The notes under the pieces are model-generated. The model ran no database searches, had not been told where the DNA came from, and saw only the letters and a program-made list of their open reading frames with translations. A stretch of 63,896 bases of DNA, filler included, from Streblomastix strix (taxonomy: Eukaryota), in the NCBI GenBank assembly GCA_008636045.1. It is 3 parts of 3 records of this genome, joined end to end, with 100 filler letters (N's around TTAATTAATTAA, not from the genome) between each part and the next. Parts side by side here need not be neighbours in the genome. Positions count along the whole stretch, not along the records: positions 1 to 21,636 come from SNRW01000361.1; positions 21,737 to 43,360 come from SNRW01000362.1; 1 more part is not named here. One strand, given 5' to 3'. Both the position numbers and the translations under genes were made by a program. The first letter of the stretch is position 1; every line of letters begins with the position of its first letter. Shown piece after piece: positions 13,073-26,759 of the stretch.

Positions 13073-15936
13073 ATGGACCCAAATTCACTTCGCCAATAAG
13101 GTGGTGGTAGTGCCAGAAGAACTATTCACACATAAGTCCAATCCAAAAGTAGTGAGGTATGCTATACAAAATTGCTGTGATCGATAAATATCATTTTTAG
13201 CACCAATAATGTTATTTATTTATTAAATAATGATAATTTATTATAATTAAATAATTATACATATTTTTTTAAATAATTTTTTAAATTTTTATATTATGTA
13301 CGGCATTTTTTTGCTGTGCATTTTATTTTTAATTTTTCTCGGTTTTTCTGCATAAGGAGCCACTTTAAATAATTTATTTTCCATAAATAATTAATTAATT
13401 ATTAATTATTGTTTTTAATGTGAAGGTAAAACTACAAATTGCACATCATGCTACACATTTGCGCCTTCCAGAAATCTCTGACGAAGATAAAATCGAAACG
13501 CTTCTATTAATCATCAATAAATCTGTAAATTGTATGAAATTATAAAGAAATTATAATATTTTACAATTTTATTTATGTTTTAGTTGATGGGGCCGAATGG
13601 CGCGGGATTATGACAACAAGTGGAGTAATTGAAGTAGTTTCTGGTTTGATGCTTGAAACAACAAATCCAAAAATCCGCGTATGATGATTAATTTAATATA
13701 AAAAATATATTCTTATTCTATAATATACAGTCTTTATGTGGTACTGTGATTGAGCTATTATAATAGCGTGGTTCTGAAGCTGGAGAGAGAATTGATTGGC
13801 GGACTTTACTTTCACCTTTGATATCACTTTTATTCGTATAATTATTACTATTATTATTATTTTATTTATTTTATTTATATTTCAATGTTTTTTCAGAGTC
13901 AAGATGAAAGAATATCAGATACAGGTAAACTAGCTCTTTTAAAAGCAGTTGAAAAAAATCCCAAATCTGTTGAAGGCTTAATACAACTTGGATTACTTGA
14001 TGAAGCATCAGATTCTCTCGATATTAAATTCCCTTCTTCTTCACCAACTGCTTCTCCATCTTTATCATCATCTTCCTAATAGACAGTCATATCACAGAAA
14101 TTGATACTGAACATTCTCCAAGTTGTTGAGTGTGTTATCAAAGCGAACACCGAAAAATCAATAAAAACGAAGAGACTTTAAAAAACAGCCGAAAGAGTTA
14201 AACTTCTTGATCCACCCAGGTTGATTAGAGGAGCCATTGTATCAATTCTTTCCTTATTTAATGGGGAATAAGTGAAAGAAGAAGAAGAAGCTAAAACAAA
14301 ATAAGCTTAAGTTTAAGAATTAGAAAGCAAAAATAAACAATCGGAAGAGAAAATTCGTATTGCAGAATAGAAACAGAAAATTATTGAACATTAGCTGAAA
14401 CTAACTGAATAAGAGAAACAATTGGAGAAAGACAAGTACAATGAAGAGAAAAGAAGAGCTGATGCTGCAGAATAAGAGAAGCAACACGAGAAGACAAGAG
14501 CTTATGCTGTCTAAACACAAGTAACACGACTCACTGCTGAAAATATGAGTCTTAAAGCAACAATTGCAAATCTATAAGCACAAGTTTAATTAGTAAAGCC
14601 CCATAGAAAATCAACAAGGTCATAAACGCCTTCTCCTTAACCATAATCGATGTCAAGGAATAAATCAACGGCAGTTATGAAAACAAAACAGGAAGAATTA
14701 AACTCTCAAAGAAAAGATGTATAGATTAGTTTGTGGAATTTATTTATGAAAAAGAATTAAAAAAATTATTTTTATTCAATAATTATTCTTTGTTGTTAAA
14801 TAAAAAACATTTATTTTATTATTATTATCTCTTAATATATCAACATATCCAATAATCTAAGCTTTTATTCCTAAAGATAAACTAAAAGGCAGAATTGAAG
14901 GAAGCAGGTTTATCCATTAAGAGAAATGGAGTCCATGTACAGTTACAATTGATCCTGCAGTGAAAGAAGGAATATGCAGACTTGAATTCATGTTTGAAAA
15001 TAGCTTGTTTTGCAGAAGTTTGTATTTACAGAAGAATAAATAGAAAAAGATAAACGAGTTTTTTTTTTGTTATATTATATTAATAATCTTTTCTATTAAT
15101 TAATATTTTATATTTTTCATCCAAAATTGTTTTTCTTTAGGCTTTGGAATTATAGATGCATCTAGTTCAGTTACTGCTGGTAAATGGCCATAAGATGGTG
15201 GAAGTATTTATATGATAAATGATAAAAGATTTTTTTTATACATAAAGTTTTTTAACAAATTTTTTTTATACATAAAATTTTTAACAAATTTTTTTTTTGA
15301 ATTTATTTATTTATTTATATTTTTTTCTTATTTTATTTTATACATTTAATTCAATGTAAATTTAAAGATCGAGAGAAAACTGTTCGATATTAGGATAGGT
15401 AGGAAAAATATATAATTGTATTAAACAATAGTAGTAAAATTTATTGATTAAATAATATTATTATTTAATTCTTTTTAATTAATAAATGTTTCTTTAATAA
15501 ATATTTCTTTTGTATCTATTTTTTATTATCAGTGGATATGTTGACCACATCACAAATGATTCAAGAGGAAATCAGAAAATCGAAGATGGACAGAAAATTG
15601 CTGTTGAAGTCGACATGACAGCAAATCCGCGCAAAGTCCAATTCTTTATTGAAAATAAAGAACAAGTGAATTGCATAATTGGCCTTCCGGCTGAGATTAG
15701 ATTCTGGGTTTGATGATAAATTAATTTTATAAATATATTTCAATCTTTATTTCGTCTTATTTATTATATTACATTTCATCTCCAATTTCTTATTTATTAT
15801 TAATTCATCAATCCAGATTTTCGTGTCTGAGCCAAACTCTTCCTTCACAGTCACCAGATTCGACCATCTCACTGAACCATCATCAAAGGGGTTTCCAGGA
15901 TAGAGATCTTTGTAGTGGGGAAAGAAGTGGAAATGA
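13073..15936 (+). CDS. Multi-exon protein: helical/ARM-like N-terminus, coiled coil, C-terminal SPRY/B30.2-like domain
   Basis: ATG MDPNSLRQ at 13073; GT-AG exons; EQEK-rich coiled coil 14270-14590; C-terminal CTVTIDPAVKEGICRLEF...GFGIIDAS...GQKIAVEVDMTANPRKVQFFIENKEQ...LPAEIRFW...WGKKWK-TGA. Confidence 0.75.
15232..15297. repeat. ~30-bp tandem duplication in an intron
   Basis: ttttttatacataaa(g/a)tttttaacaaattt twice. Confidence 0.7.
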
Positions 15937-16235
15937 ATAATTGAATGAATGAGGGAAAATTAATAGTAATAAAAATTATCATTCAATTCTTGAGAGGATG
16001 TTTGAATCTATTAAATGTCCTATCACTTATACACTTAATTATTCAAACTGTCTTAATATTAAATAAAGGGATTTTAAATTTATTCTGCATAAAATAAATG
16101 TATTTATTTCTTAATAAGAAACTGTTAAATTTTATTATAGAGAATAATATTCACATAAGCAATAAAATAAATACGTTAGTGAAATCGAATCATATTCGTT
16201 TATATTCGAATATATAATAAATGAATCAAATCGCA

Positions 16236-16837
16236 TCACAACCAACTCGCGTTAGTATCGCTAAAATCGCTGCTAAAATGGACCCACTCAAGATTTCCGT
16301 CTCCTGGAGTGAAGCCCATTTCATATTCCCAGCCTTCATTTTCATCTTCATATTCACGATGGTCATCTTTATACATACCTTAATCTTGATTTTTATTTAG
16401 TTAGTTTTATGTGTAGGGTTTGTTTGTGTTCGTGATTATGCGATTTGATTAATATTTTTGGCCTGAGTAAAAAGTTAATAAATTATTGATAATAAATAAA
16501 ATTAAAGTTAAAATAAGAAATAGAACTTGGGCAATTCTGACAAGTCTCGCGAAAAGAGAAGTTATAATTCCCACACTATGAGCAGATCCTATTAAAATGT
16601 AAATAAAGCGATTATTTATAAAATTGAAGTTTCAATGTGCATACCAATCTCCTTCGCGCTGGCGAGGTTGTGAAGAGTTTCCTTAACCTCTTCTTTGTGG
16701 TTTATTTAAGCCACATTAAAAGCAAACTTCCCTAAAAGCGAAATTCAAGACTTGACATTGCTTTATAAAAAAATTTTTGAAATTTTCATAACATAAAAAT
16801 TTCATACTGGACAATACCAATCGCCAGGCCGAGACAT
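16236..16837 (-). CDS. Small protein with two RanBP2-type zinc fingers (likely ssRNA binding) and an acidic tail, 4 exons
   Basis: Spliced translation MSRPGDWYCP|QCQVLNFAFREVCFQCG...REGDW|ICSQCGNYNFSFRETCQNCP|...YEDENEGWEYEMGF...WL-TGA matches W-x-C-x2-C-x3-N-F-x2-R-x2-C-x2-C twice. Confidence 0.88.
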
Positions 16838-17226
16838 GATAATCAATCTTAAGCAATACAAATAAAAAATAAGAATAAGACAATCGAATAAAAAGGAATG
16901 AAAAAATTAATTTCAGAGTCTTCGCTTTTTCAGTATTTGAGATAAAAAATATTATTTATTAATATGATTAATATTTGTAATTTAATTAAATTAATTGATT
17001 TTTTTATTTTAATTAATGAATTTCATTAATAATCAGCTGATAAAGACAATTTTCTATTATTTTTTTGATCTTGGCTAGAATATGTTGAAAATAGTTTTCA
17101 TTTGTAAAATTAGATTTGTACTATATTTTATATAATAAAAGTAAAACAAAATTGTAAGTACTTTGAACAATGATTTATTTGAATGATTTTATATATTTTA
17201 ACCCCTAGTTTAGTATAAAAACATTT

Positions 17227-19627
17227 TCACTCATTCTTTTCCTTATCTTTATCTTTCAATGTAACTTTTTTCTTTGGTTTCTTATCAACTTCCTTCTTTT
17301 CCGGCTTCTGCGGCTCTTATTTCTAGTTCTCTTCCTTCTTTTCTATTTGTTTATCATCATTCTTTTTCTCTTTTAATTTAGATTCATCTTCTTCATTTTA
17401 TTCTTCATTTTCATCATCATCAACGTCATCAACCTCTTTAGGCACCTAAGGGCAGCACCACTATGCGCATTAACTGATAAGAAGAACCAAGAATGCAATA
17501 ACTACAAATAATACCATCGCTACTACTGATGAAGCAGATATTGGCGAACTTCGCATTATTTGGGCCGCCTGATCAAAGAAAGTCATCCTGACTTCGTGGT
17601 AGAAAATCTCAGTTTCGTTGAAAACACGGCTTTTCATTCGAGTCCATCGAGAGAAGTGGAGTAACTCGTCTTTACGAGCAGTAAGACTTTTAGAGACGCT
17701 TTGAAGGAAGAATTCAGCTTTTTATGCATCAAATGGTGTTAATTGTTTGGATTTATGTTCGATTTCTTTTATTTATTCATTAATGTTATTATTATCTATA
17801 TGATATTCATTCAATGTGTAATTATCAACCCATAAATCAGGTCTTTTATTTGATTTTTCAGCCTTTTTCTATTATCTTGTATTTATTTCCTTCGTTTATT
17901 CTTTCTTATTGATCTTATTATCAATATTAGGTCCATAATAATGCCCATTGTCAGTCCATGTTGTCATAGTTTCCATATTGTGAGCAAAGAATATTGGTAA
18001 TAACTATCTCTTCTTCTTCTTCTTATTGCTATTATTATTAATTGTTTGTTGTTTTGTTTGATTTTCATCTATATTTGCATCTGAAATCTAATTAATGGTT
18101 TCATTGTTAATTTCAGATTTAATATGAGTTGTATCCACACCAAAGAAAGTATCAAAATATTTGTTTTGTGCTGCATTGACAAGTGCAAAGAAGAAATTTC
18201 TATTATATTTATTATCATTAATATTATTGTTATTAATTGAGTATGGATTGAATGTTGCTTGGCAGTGGTAATTACGAGCATATTTCACATAATCAGATGC
18301 AAGTTCATTCATATTGAATGGATAATTATATGAATCTTCAACTTCAATAGCATTTTATTTCTCTGAATAATTTGTACCATTATTATTCTTTATATTAACA
18401 TTATTATCATCAATAATTTCTTCATTTTCATTAATTGTAGGATCCAAAGCTAATACAACAGCTGTTTTGTGTGTTTCATGAAGATATGTGAATGCAGAAG
18501 TTGTCAGCCATTCTCCAGGTGCATGTAATCGGTCCTGTATCCAATTCTGTACTATAGAAATGGATTTGTCTTATTTAGTATCATTAATAATGCTTTATTA
18601 CTAATTTATTATCTGTTCATATTATTTGTAGCTTCTGATGGGAAATGCTTCAATATATTCTCCATCATTGTGTGAACATAAGAGAAGAAGTGAATCTTTG
18701 TTTTCAATCAGTTATTTGGCAGAGAAATCTTCTTTATTTTTATCCTATTCAGTTGTTGGACAGAAATTGACTTGTTTCTGAATTAGATTATTTAATGATT
18801 GTACTTATTCATTGTCATATTAACTAGATTCTTGCAATTGGATAATATTGATGATGTGAAATAGCACATTTGTAGAGTGGAATTAACGAGCAACCGTTTT
18901 GAAGTGTTCAATAAGTGATGATTCTTCTTTATTAGTGTTGGTTGATTATGTATTTGTAATCAACAAGAAGTTTGTATGAAATTATAAAGAACTATTTTCA
19001 GTTGCAATTGTTTCTGGCTTAATTATCAAGTCTTTCAATTCATAACCATCAATAGTCTTGAAGGAAGAAGGAAACTTAAAGCTACTTATATTATTGTACA
19101 TCAGATTCAGATTATGCTCAATAACTGGAGCTTAACTCATCTTGAAAGCGAACTTGGCAAATCCTTCAGTGTTTCTCTCTCCAGAATATTCAGCTTATGG
19201 ATAACCATCTTTGAACAGGTAAAAAGTAGGGCTTCTTTTCATGCCATATTTCTTCACAATTTTCCTGTTCGCTCTTCCGTCGATATTCGCGTATGTGATT
19301 CCAGGCTAGGATTGTTAAGATGCTTCTATCCAATATCTTTCTGAGTTGACGCATGCTTAACATCCTGGGGAGTAGAATCTCTGGAAATAATGAGTGAAAT
19401 TCTGTTTCAGAAAAAAATAGGAGGGTTTGAATAAATAAGGCAGACGATACTATGGAAAGATAAAGAAGGTGAATAATTAAATGGGAAATGTATTGGTCAT
19501 ACAAATATACACCAGATTGGATGGTTGAATCGAATGATCTTTCTGTCAGTTCGAGAATATCAGCATTTGATTAGGAAAAAAGTAGGATAAAAATCGAGAA
19601 TAATAACCTAAGACGAATTTAAAGCAT
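17227..19627 (-). CDS. Thioredoxin-domain (PDI/TMX-like) type I membrane protein
   Basis: Signal-peptide-like N-terminus, ADILELTERSFDSTI, RFYSPGCQAC (CxxC), NIDG...PTFYLFKDG...EYSGER; C-terminal hydrophobic helix MVLFVVIAFLVLLIS; ends KEKNE-TGA (KxKxx ER-retrieval pattern); one intron near 19381-19500. Confidence 0.8.
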
Positions 19628-20277
19628 ATTCTCAATTATAAATATGTTAATCTAAATAAAAACAAATAAAAATTAAATTGTTGGTGCTAGAGAAAAACAT
19701 AAAAGAATACAAAAAAATTATAACGGCTGTAAATATAATAATAATTAATTATAATTATTATGAAAATAAATTATAGCACAATAAAAGTATGAAACAATAT
19801 AAATGTAATCGGTGTCTGTTATTATTATTGGTTTTAAATTTAGAATTTTATGAGCAGAATATCATGTCATTAAGTAATTAAATTAGTTAATATATGTATA
19901 AAATTGTGAATAATAAAATTCCTATCTTCAATTATATAAATTTTAATTTGTAATATAAAATTGAAGACGCAAAAATTGAATTTGAAAATTTCTGACTAAA
20001 AAATTGATTGGCAATTTAAATTTCTTCCAAAATTTAAAAATCAAATGTTAGTGGTGATTAATTTAGTGAATTGTAGATTTACTTGAAAATCTATGAATAG
20101 ATAGCCTGCTTTTATCCAAAAAAAAATTATTATCTAGAGTTGTTGAATTATTTTATAGCGGTTTGTATCGCCTGTTAATTTTATCATATTTTTATTCCAA
20201 ATATGAATGAATATTTTATATTTCTAAATTTAACTTATTCTCTTTCTTATCTAACAATTTTATCCTTATTTAGTAAA

Positions 20278-20871
20278 ATGGCACTTATCCCACAGACGCC
20301 AGCACCACCTGTTATATCAAAGGCTGTAATCAATGGAACAATTAAGGACTTCGACATGTAGGCTATTATAAAGAAGGGTAATTATTTCGTTCTTGTGTTT
20401 TACCCTGCTGATTTCACTTTCGTCTGTCCAACGGAACTACGAGCGTTCAGTGAGAAAGCCGAAGATTTTAGGAAGCTTAATTGCGAACTTGCTATGTGTA
20501 GTACGGATTCTGAACATGTGCACTGGAAATGGATCTCTACCCCAAAAGAACAAGGAGGGCTTGGCCCGATGAATATTCCTGTTGTTGCTGACCGCTCGCA
20601 GAAGATCTGCCGATCTTATGGCATACTTCCCGATGATGGCTACGCTTTGCGCGCCACATTTATTATCGACACCAAGAATATTATTCGCCATGTCTCTGTG
20701 AACGACGGCAGTGTTGGGCGATCTGTAGAAGAAGTCCTTCGTCTGGTTGAAGCATTCCAATACTGCGATAAACATGGTGAAGTCTGCCCCGCAGGTTGGA
20801 AGAAGGGGAAGAAAACAATGAAACCAACTCAAGATGGCCTGAAGGAGTTTGTAACTGAAGATCCAAAGTGA
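20278..20871 (+). CDS. PRDX1: Typical 2-Cys peroxiredoxin (AhpC/Prx1 family), intronless, 197 aa
   Basis: FYPADFTFVCPTE, GGLG, GRSVEE and GEVCPAGW motifs; true start MALIPQTPAP at 20278 reads through an in-frame TAG. Confidence 0.96.
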
Positions 20872-21279
20872 TTTTGCAGTTTATGAACTTCGCATATTAC
20901 ACTTAGGTCTTATTTTGGTTTGAAACATCTATTTATATTTATTAATCGCCTTTTTTCGCTGTTGAATAGTCATAATATTTTTACCATTCGCGTTGGTAAT
21001 AAAACAACAAATGAAATAATAGTTTTACTTTATATCATTTTTTTTAAAAAAAGAATCTTTTTTTATAACAAAAATTAAAAAGATTTTGTGTTTAGTTGAT
21101 GACTGGAAGAAACGATGATAAAACTTAGGAAACAGTTAATCATATAAACAATGGTCTAAGAAAATGAAATAATTTAAATAAATGGATAAAAATATTCCTT
21201 TTTTTAATTTTATCTTATTTTATTTATTTGGTTTTGTAAGTACCATCGGACAAGCTCAATTTGTTTCCATCATATATGT

Positions 21280-21613
21280 TCATTTCTTTTCTGCTTTCTT
21301 GCTGGGCTTTGGTTTCTTCTCTCCTTTTGTATCCTTCTTCACTTCTTTTGTTTTCTCTGGCTTTTTAGTTTCTCTATCCTTCTTTGTGCGTCTAGTTTTT
21401 GGTTTCGCTTATGTCCCTGGGTAAATTAAACAAAGTAAATAATAATATATTAATGAAACACATGACTTAATCAAATAATTAAGGTAAATATATATTAATT
21501 TATGTACACACCTTCGCGGAATCCGTTTTTAAATCTGCGTGCGACATCCTTCAAATATCTCATGCGTCCAGTTCCGGTAGTCTTCCTTCTGATTGCTTTT
21601 CGTGACCACTGGT
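21280..21613 (-). CDS. RPL37: 60S ribosomal protein L37 (eL37), last two exons, 5' part lost at the contig end; Lys-rich C-terminal extension
   Basis: [33 protein letters not shown] then intron then [21 protein letters not shown]...KKAEKK-TGA. Confidence 0.93.
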
Positions 21614-21636
21614 CTAAATAAGTAAAGTAAATAAAA

Positions 21637-21736
21637 NNNNNNNNNNNNNNNNNNNNNNNNNNNNNNNNNNNNNNNNNNNNTTAATTAATTAANNNNNNNN
21701 NNNNNNNNNNNNNNNNNNNNNNNNNNNNNNNNNNNN
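21637..21736. other. Artificial contig-joining spacer
   Basis: 100 nt of N with a central TTAATTAATTAA. Confidence 0.97.
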
Positions 21737-21774
21737 ATTCAAATAAAAAATTTATTATAATTAATAAATACAAT

Positions 21775-21904
21775 CTGCGTATTATGACCCTTCCAGCTGT
21801 TCAATGTCAATAAGTGGATGTATATGTTAAAATCTTCTTTCAAAGGCTTAACTAACACAGGTAAGATCAGACTCATTTGATAGATCATTTTGGAGCTCTT
21901 ACAT
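21775..21904 (-). CDS. Exon of an unknown gene truncated at the contig end (mirror of 43193-43325)
   Basis: MQELQNDLSNESDLTCVSQAFERRFQHIHPLIDIEQLEGSQYAD followed by a GT donor. Confidence 0.45.
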
Positions 21905-22600
21905 ATTTATATATAGTCTATATGAGTAAAAATAACGAGAAAAAATATAATTAAAATATAAAAAAAAAATATTTTTCTCAAAAATAAAGGAATGTACAAT
22001 AAATAATTAAATAAATTTGATAATAGTGAAGTAATATTCATTGGTATAAAAAAATGTCTTAAATTTTGTACAAAATTTAAGATAGATCAGTGATTAAAAT
22101 AAGCATATTATTTTTTTTTTATCTTTGCTTTTAATTTCTGATTAATTTATACTAATTTGTTGGCAATTTATTTACATAATAATTCATTAATTTTTTAATA
22201 TAAAATTAATTTTATTTTAAAAGTATAATTATTAATACTAACAAGCCTTTGGCTCAAAAGCTCGATTTTGGCTCTATTAAATTTGGCTTGCCTGGCTGTA
22301 CCTAACAGGCTTACTAAGAATATATTTATTTTCCATTTTGAAAATGTTACTAATTAATAAGTCTACTATATACAAGGATAAATTCAATTGTTTTTATATA
22401 TGGAATTTTTATTAAGTATAAATACAAAAATAAAAACTAATCACATACACAAAAAAAGACTTTCAACCAATTATTAAATAACGTTAATTGAATATGTTTT
22501 GAGAAAATAGTTTAAATATATGATAAGAATTGAAGGGATATATTTCTGAATATCATTTATATAGAATAACAAATAGCTATAATGAATATAATATAATAAA

Positions 22601-25600
22601 TCAATTAAACCCAAATCCATTATCAGTGTTATTCAATGCGTAAAGAATACGCATTTCCATGATTTCTTCTAATTAATACAGTGGAATATCAATTGAATTA
22701 AAGCAAGTATGTCCTTTTGGAAGAGGAAACCTTAAAGATTCTTCTTCCAATTATTCAATTTATTATTTATTTATTTCAGATTTAAGTTAATCATTCAATC
22801 TAATTTCAATTAATAATTTCTCTTCCAATTCATTCAATTCCATTAAATGTGCTTATTCAAGATCATCATCATATTATTCAACATTAATAAGTGCTTAGTT
22901 AGATTTCTTCTCTATCTCACAAGTAACTGAATGAATAAGTTTTGTTATTTGAAGTGTCTATTACAATCTTTATCTTGATTTACGTGAATTTATACGTTGA
23001 ATGTTTAATTCTATTAATGGTTGGTTAGATCTGTTTTGAATTGTAGTTGTTTTAATATCTGCAATATAAGCAATCTTTTCATTTGCAAATGCTTTCAATT
23101 CTGCTTCATTAGCTAATTTCTATATTTCATTCGCATTTTAAGAAGAAAACTTAGTCAAACCTCGATTAAGATGAGTTCTCTGTTAAATGAGACTGTCAAA
23201 ATCTACAATTAAGTTTGAATTCATATTTATTTCATATTAATTATTCTCTATTTCACATTCTTCAATATCTTTCTTAATAAGTTCAATATTTCTTTTGTAT
23301 ATATTAAACATTAACATTTATTCAGCATTTTTGATTTTATTTTCATTAAGTGCTCGGATTGCACATTCATGAATATTAGCTTCAGCCTTAAGTGCATTAA
23401 TATATTCATCAATTCTTTTCTTATATTCAGATATCGATTCTCTATTCTATTTAACTGAAAACAATTATATTATTTCATCATTAATCTTCACATTACATGA
23501 AACCCATTTAATTTCAAATACATATCCATCGCTATTTAAAGGCAATCTTGCAAATCCACCAATGGGCAGATTTCTCACACCTGTACTAAACTATAATAAA
23601 TCCCTCCTTTATTTATCATTCATTCTTCTTATTATATTCCATATCCATTAACTTTATTATTCAGATTATTATCCTTTTATTCCATCATAATGGCAGAATC
23701 TTTCCCATTCAGATACATCAATTTCCTAAGATCCACAAATGATATCATCCAATTCTTTTGGAGTTAGTTATGTTGGTGTAATAATCTCTTTATATTTGGA
23801 ATTAGATTATTATTGATCATTAATATCATTCTCACGTGCATCATCTTATAATATCAATATATGATCTGAGAATAGATATTCATATGGAAGTGATTCTCTG
23901 AAACCTTGAAATAGAGCAGATCTTTATTTTATTGATTTATCAGATCCAAATATCTTTCTTTTTGCATATAGATTAATATATTCAGATTAATTCATGCTGT
24001 TAACTTATATATTCTGTCCATCTGGTTTAAGAGGAATATTTATTATTTTAATTTAATTATTTGTTTGATTAAATGATGAAGAAGAAGAAATATTATTATT
24101 ATTTTAATTTAATATATAATTATCTTAACCTTCTTCTTCAATAGATATCTCAAATGATAAATCAATCTATTTACAATATTCAGGATCATCCAACATATTC
24201 CTCATTCTTTGTGCAACTTCTTATTCTTCTTCTCCCAAATCTTCAATACAAGGAGATTATCCAAGTAACTGTCTCCATATTGAATAATCAAGACGACAGG
24301 ATGTTGATACTTTCTATAGAAGTAATACTTTACCAATCATTACTCCAGCTGTCCACCATGGAAGATAATCTTTTAGTTCTTCATCTGATAATTCATCTTG
24401 GTTCTTTATTAATGGTAAAGATTGTTTCTATTATGATTATATTGGACTCTTCCTGCATTTATCTTATCCATGATCATCTCCAAAAACAGTTAATCTCATT
24501 TCTTTCCCATGATGTCTGAATATTCCATTCAAAGGATTAGTTGCTTCTTTGAAATACTCAGTGCACCATTCAGCTAATAGACCTCCAGCATCGGATCCAA
24601 ATTCATTCTCAAATATAACATACGATTTCTTCTTTAATTTCTTCTCTTTACGCAAATTCCATAATTGAATTTCAGTTGTTTCTAATATTTTCTATCGATC
24701 AATTCTTACTCTTTGTTCACCACGAACATCATTCCTTATTAATGTAACTTCTGACAGATGAGGTCGAGGTGTTATTTATGATTTGTTATATTGTTCTGTT
24801 GATAGAATGAGTTCATATGTTCTGATGTATTACTTACTCGCATAGTTTGCTTCACGGAATGCAATCTTCTCTTCTTGTTATAATGGATCTTATTTTGAGT
24901 TATTTTATTTTGATTATCGAATTTTTTTTAATTCATTCAACCTCTTAATTGATTTCTCAATTTCCCTTCATGCTATTCTGATCTGCATTACAAGTCCATT
25001 TGTATAATATAATGAAGAGAGACTTAAATTCTTAATATGATTATTATATTCTTTTATTCTCCATTCAAGTTATTCTTATCTCTCTTATGCTGGAATATCA
25101 TACTGATCGCACTTCGATAAATCTCTAATTAAATCATTGATGGTTATTTATATAAGCATTTCATCTGATCTTTAGAAGAAAAGTTGCTTATTATGATGAA
25201 GTGGATTATATGCATTAAGTTTCAGCTTTAATTCTGATGAAAATATATTGGATTTGATTTCTGAAGATGATTATGGTTCTGATGAAGAAGAAGAAGATTA
25301 TTATTCTTTGGATTTTTCATCAAGCCCTTGTTTAAATTTTATTCTGCAGAAATATTCATGCAAACTAAAGACCTAGTTAGCAATTTATTTATTGCAGAAT
25401 TCGCATTATCTACTTATTTTTTCCTCAGAATTGAGATTAATTCCATACTCATTACCTGATGATCCTTATTATGAATTTGAGTAATAAGATGGTGAAACAT
25501 CACGATCAATATCATCTTCAAATGATGGAGTGATATGAAAACGTCTCATTCTATTAAATCCTTCAAATTGAAGTATTCATGAATGAATTATAGGAGGAGA

Positions 25601-26497
25601 TTGAGAAGATGAAAATGAAGGTGAAATTGAAGATGGATTAAATGAGAAACTATTTTGGCTTTATGTTCGCGTTAATTAAAAGGAAATACTTGAATTTAAA
25701 CTTTCAGATGAATGTAATGGACTTTATAATTAAAATTAAGATTAGGATTCATCATCATTACTTATGTATGGTGATTATCTAGGTGAAGAGGATTAAAATT
25801 CAAAGGAATCTGGGGGAAAATGTGTTAAGTGAAAATTTTACATATTACTAACATACGGAGATGGATGAAATATAAAAGGAAATTAGGGATTGTTTGAAGC
25901 GATAGGTGATTAATGCTAATTATTTTAATTGAAATTATTTGAGTTAGGTGGAAGAAGAAGACCATTTTAACGTTATTAACGTCGTATTTCATCTGAATCT
26001 ACTGGAAAGTTTGTTCTTGGTGGTGAATTAAGAATAGAAAAAGGAATTTGTTAAATGTTGTTCTATTATATTTGATTCCTTTATTCATTTGAAATTGGAG
26101 GATGAAGGAGATTTGATACTTGACTTCTTTATTCGCCATTATTTGAAGAAGGAGATTATCTAAGGTTGGATCTATAAACTTAATTATGCTCGTATAATTC
26201 AAGTGAATCAATCATATAAGGTTAAATATTTGAAGATAATTAATGAGGAGACTGAGACTATAAATGTAAATCAGATGGCTGTAATTAAACATTTGGTTGT
26301 GTTTCAGTATTTGCATCAGGTGTGTTTTGTTGAATTTGATGATCAATAGGATCTTACTAATGAGCTATATTTTATCCAGTTAAGTCAGACTACTCTGTTA
26401 AAGCACTCTGCTGAGCTCCTGTACTTGAACCTTGAGTGTTTTGCTGATTTTGTTGATCAACATGTTCTTACCTTTGTACTCCTGATTATTCAGTCAT
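22601..26497 (-). CDS. HECT-domain E3 ubiquitin ligase (mirror copy), apparently intronless, ~1298 aa
   Basis: Reverse complement of 38600-42496. Confidence 0.9.
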
Positions 26498-26759
26498 TTT
26501 AACTATAATTTTTATTACTATAAATAAAATATAAAAGATTGTTAAATAAAAATTGTTCAAGTACTTCAGTACTTAGCAGGAAATCAGTTTTTTTTCTATA
26601 TTTTGTTTATTTAGCTTTAAAATTTATTTTATTTTAAATAATTACTATTATTTTTAACTAGATAGCATATTGAACACAAATATTATAATATATAATAATA
26701 ATGATGCTTTATGACCGAGTAATAAAAATTTTGTACACAGTTATCTTTTTGATGCAATA

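Noticed and set aside
21637..21736. TTAATTAATTAA palindrome inside N runs (also 43361-43460)
   Set aside because: Artificial contig linker; adjacency across it has no biological meaning.
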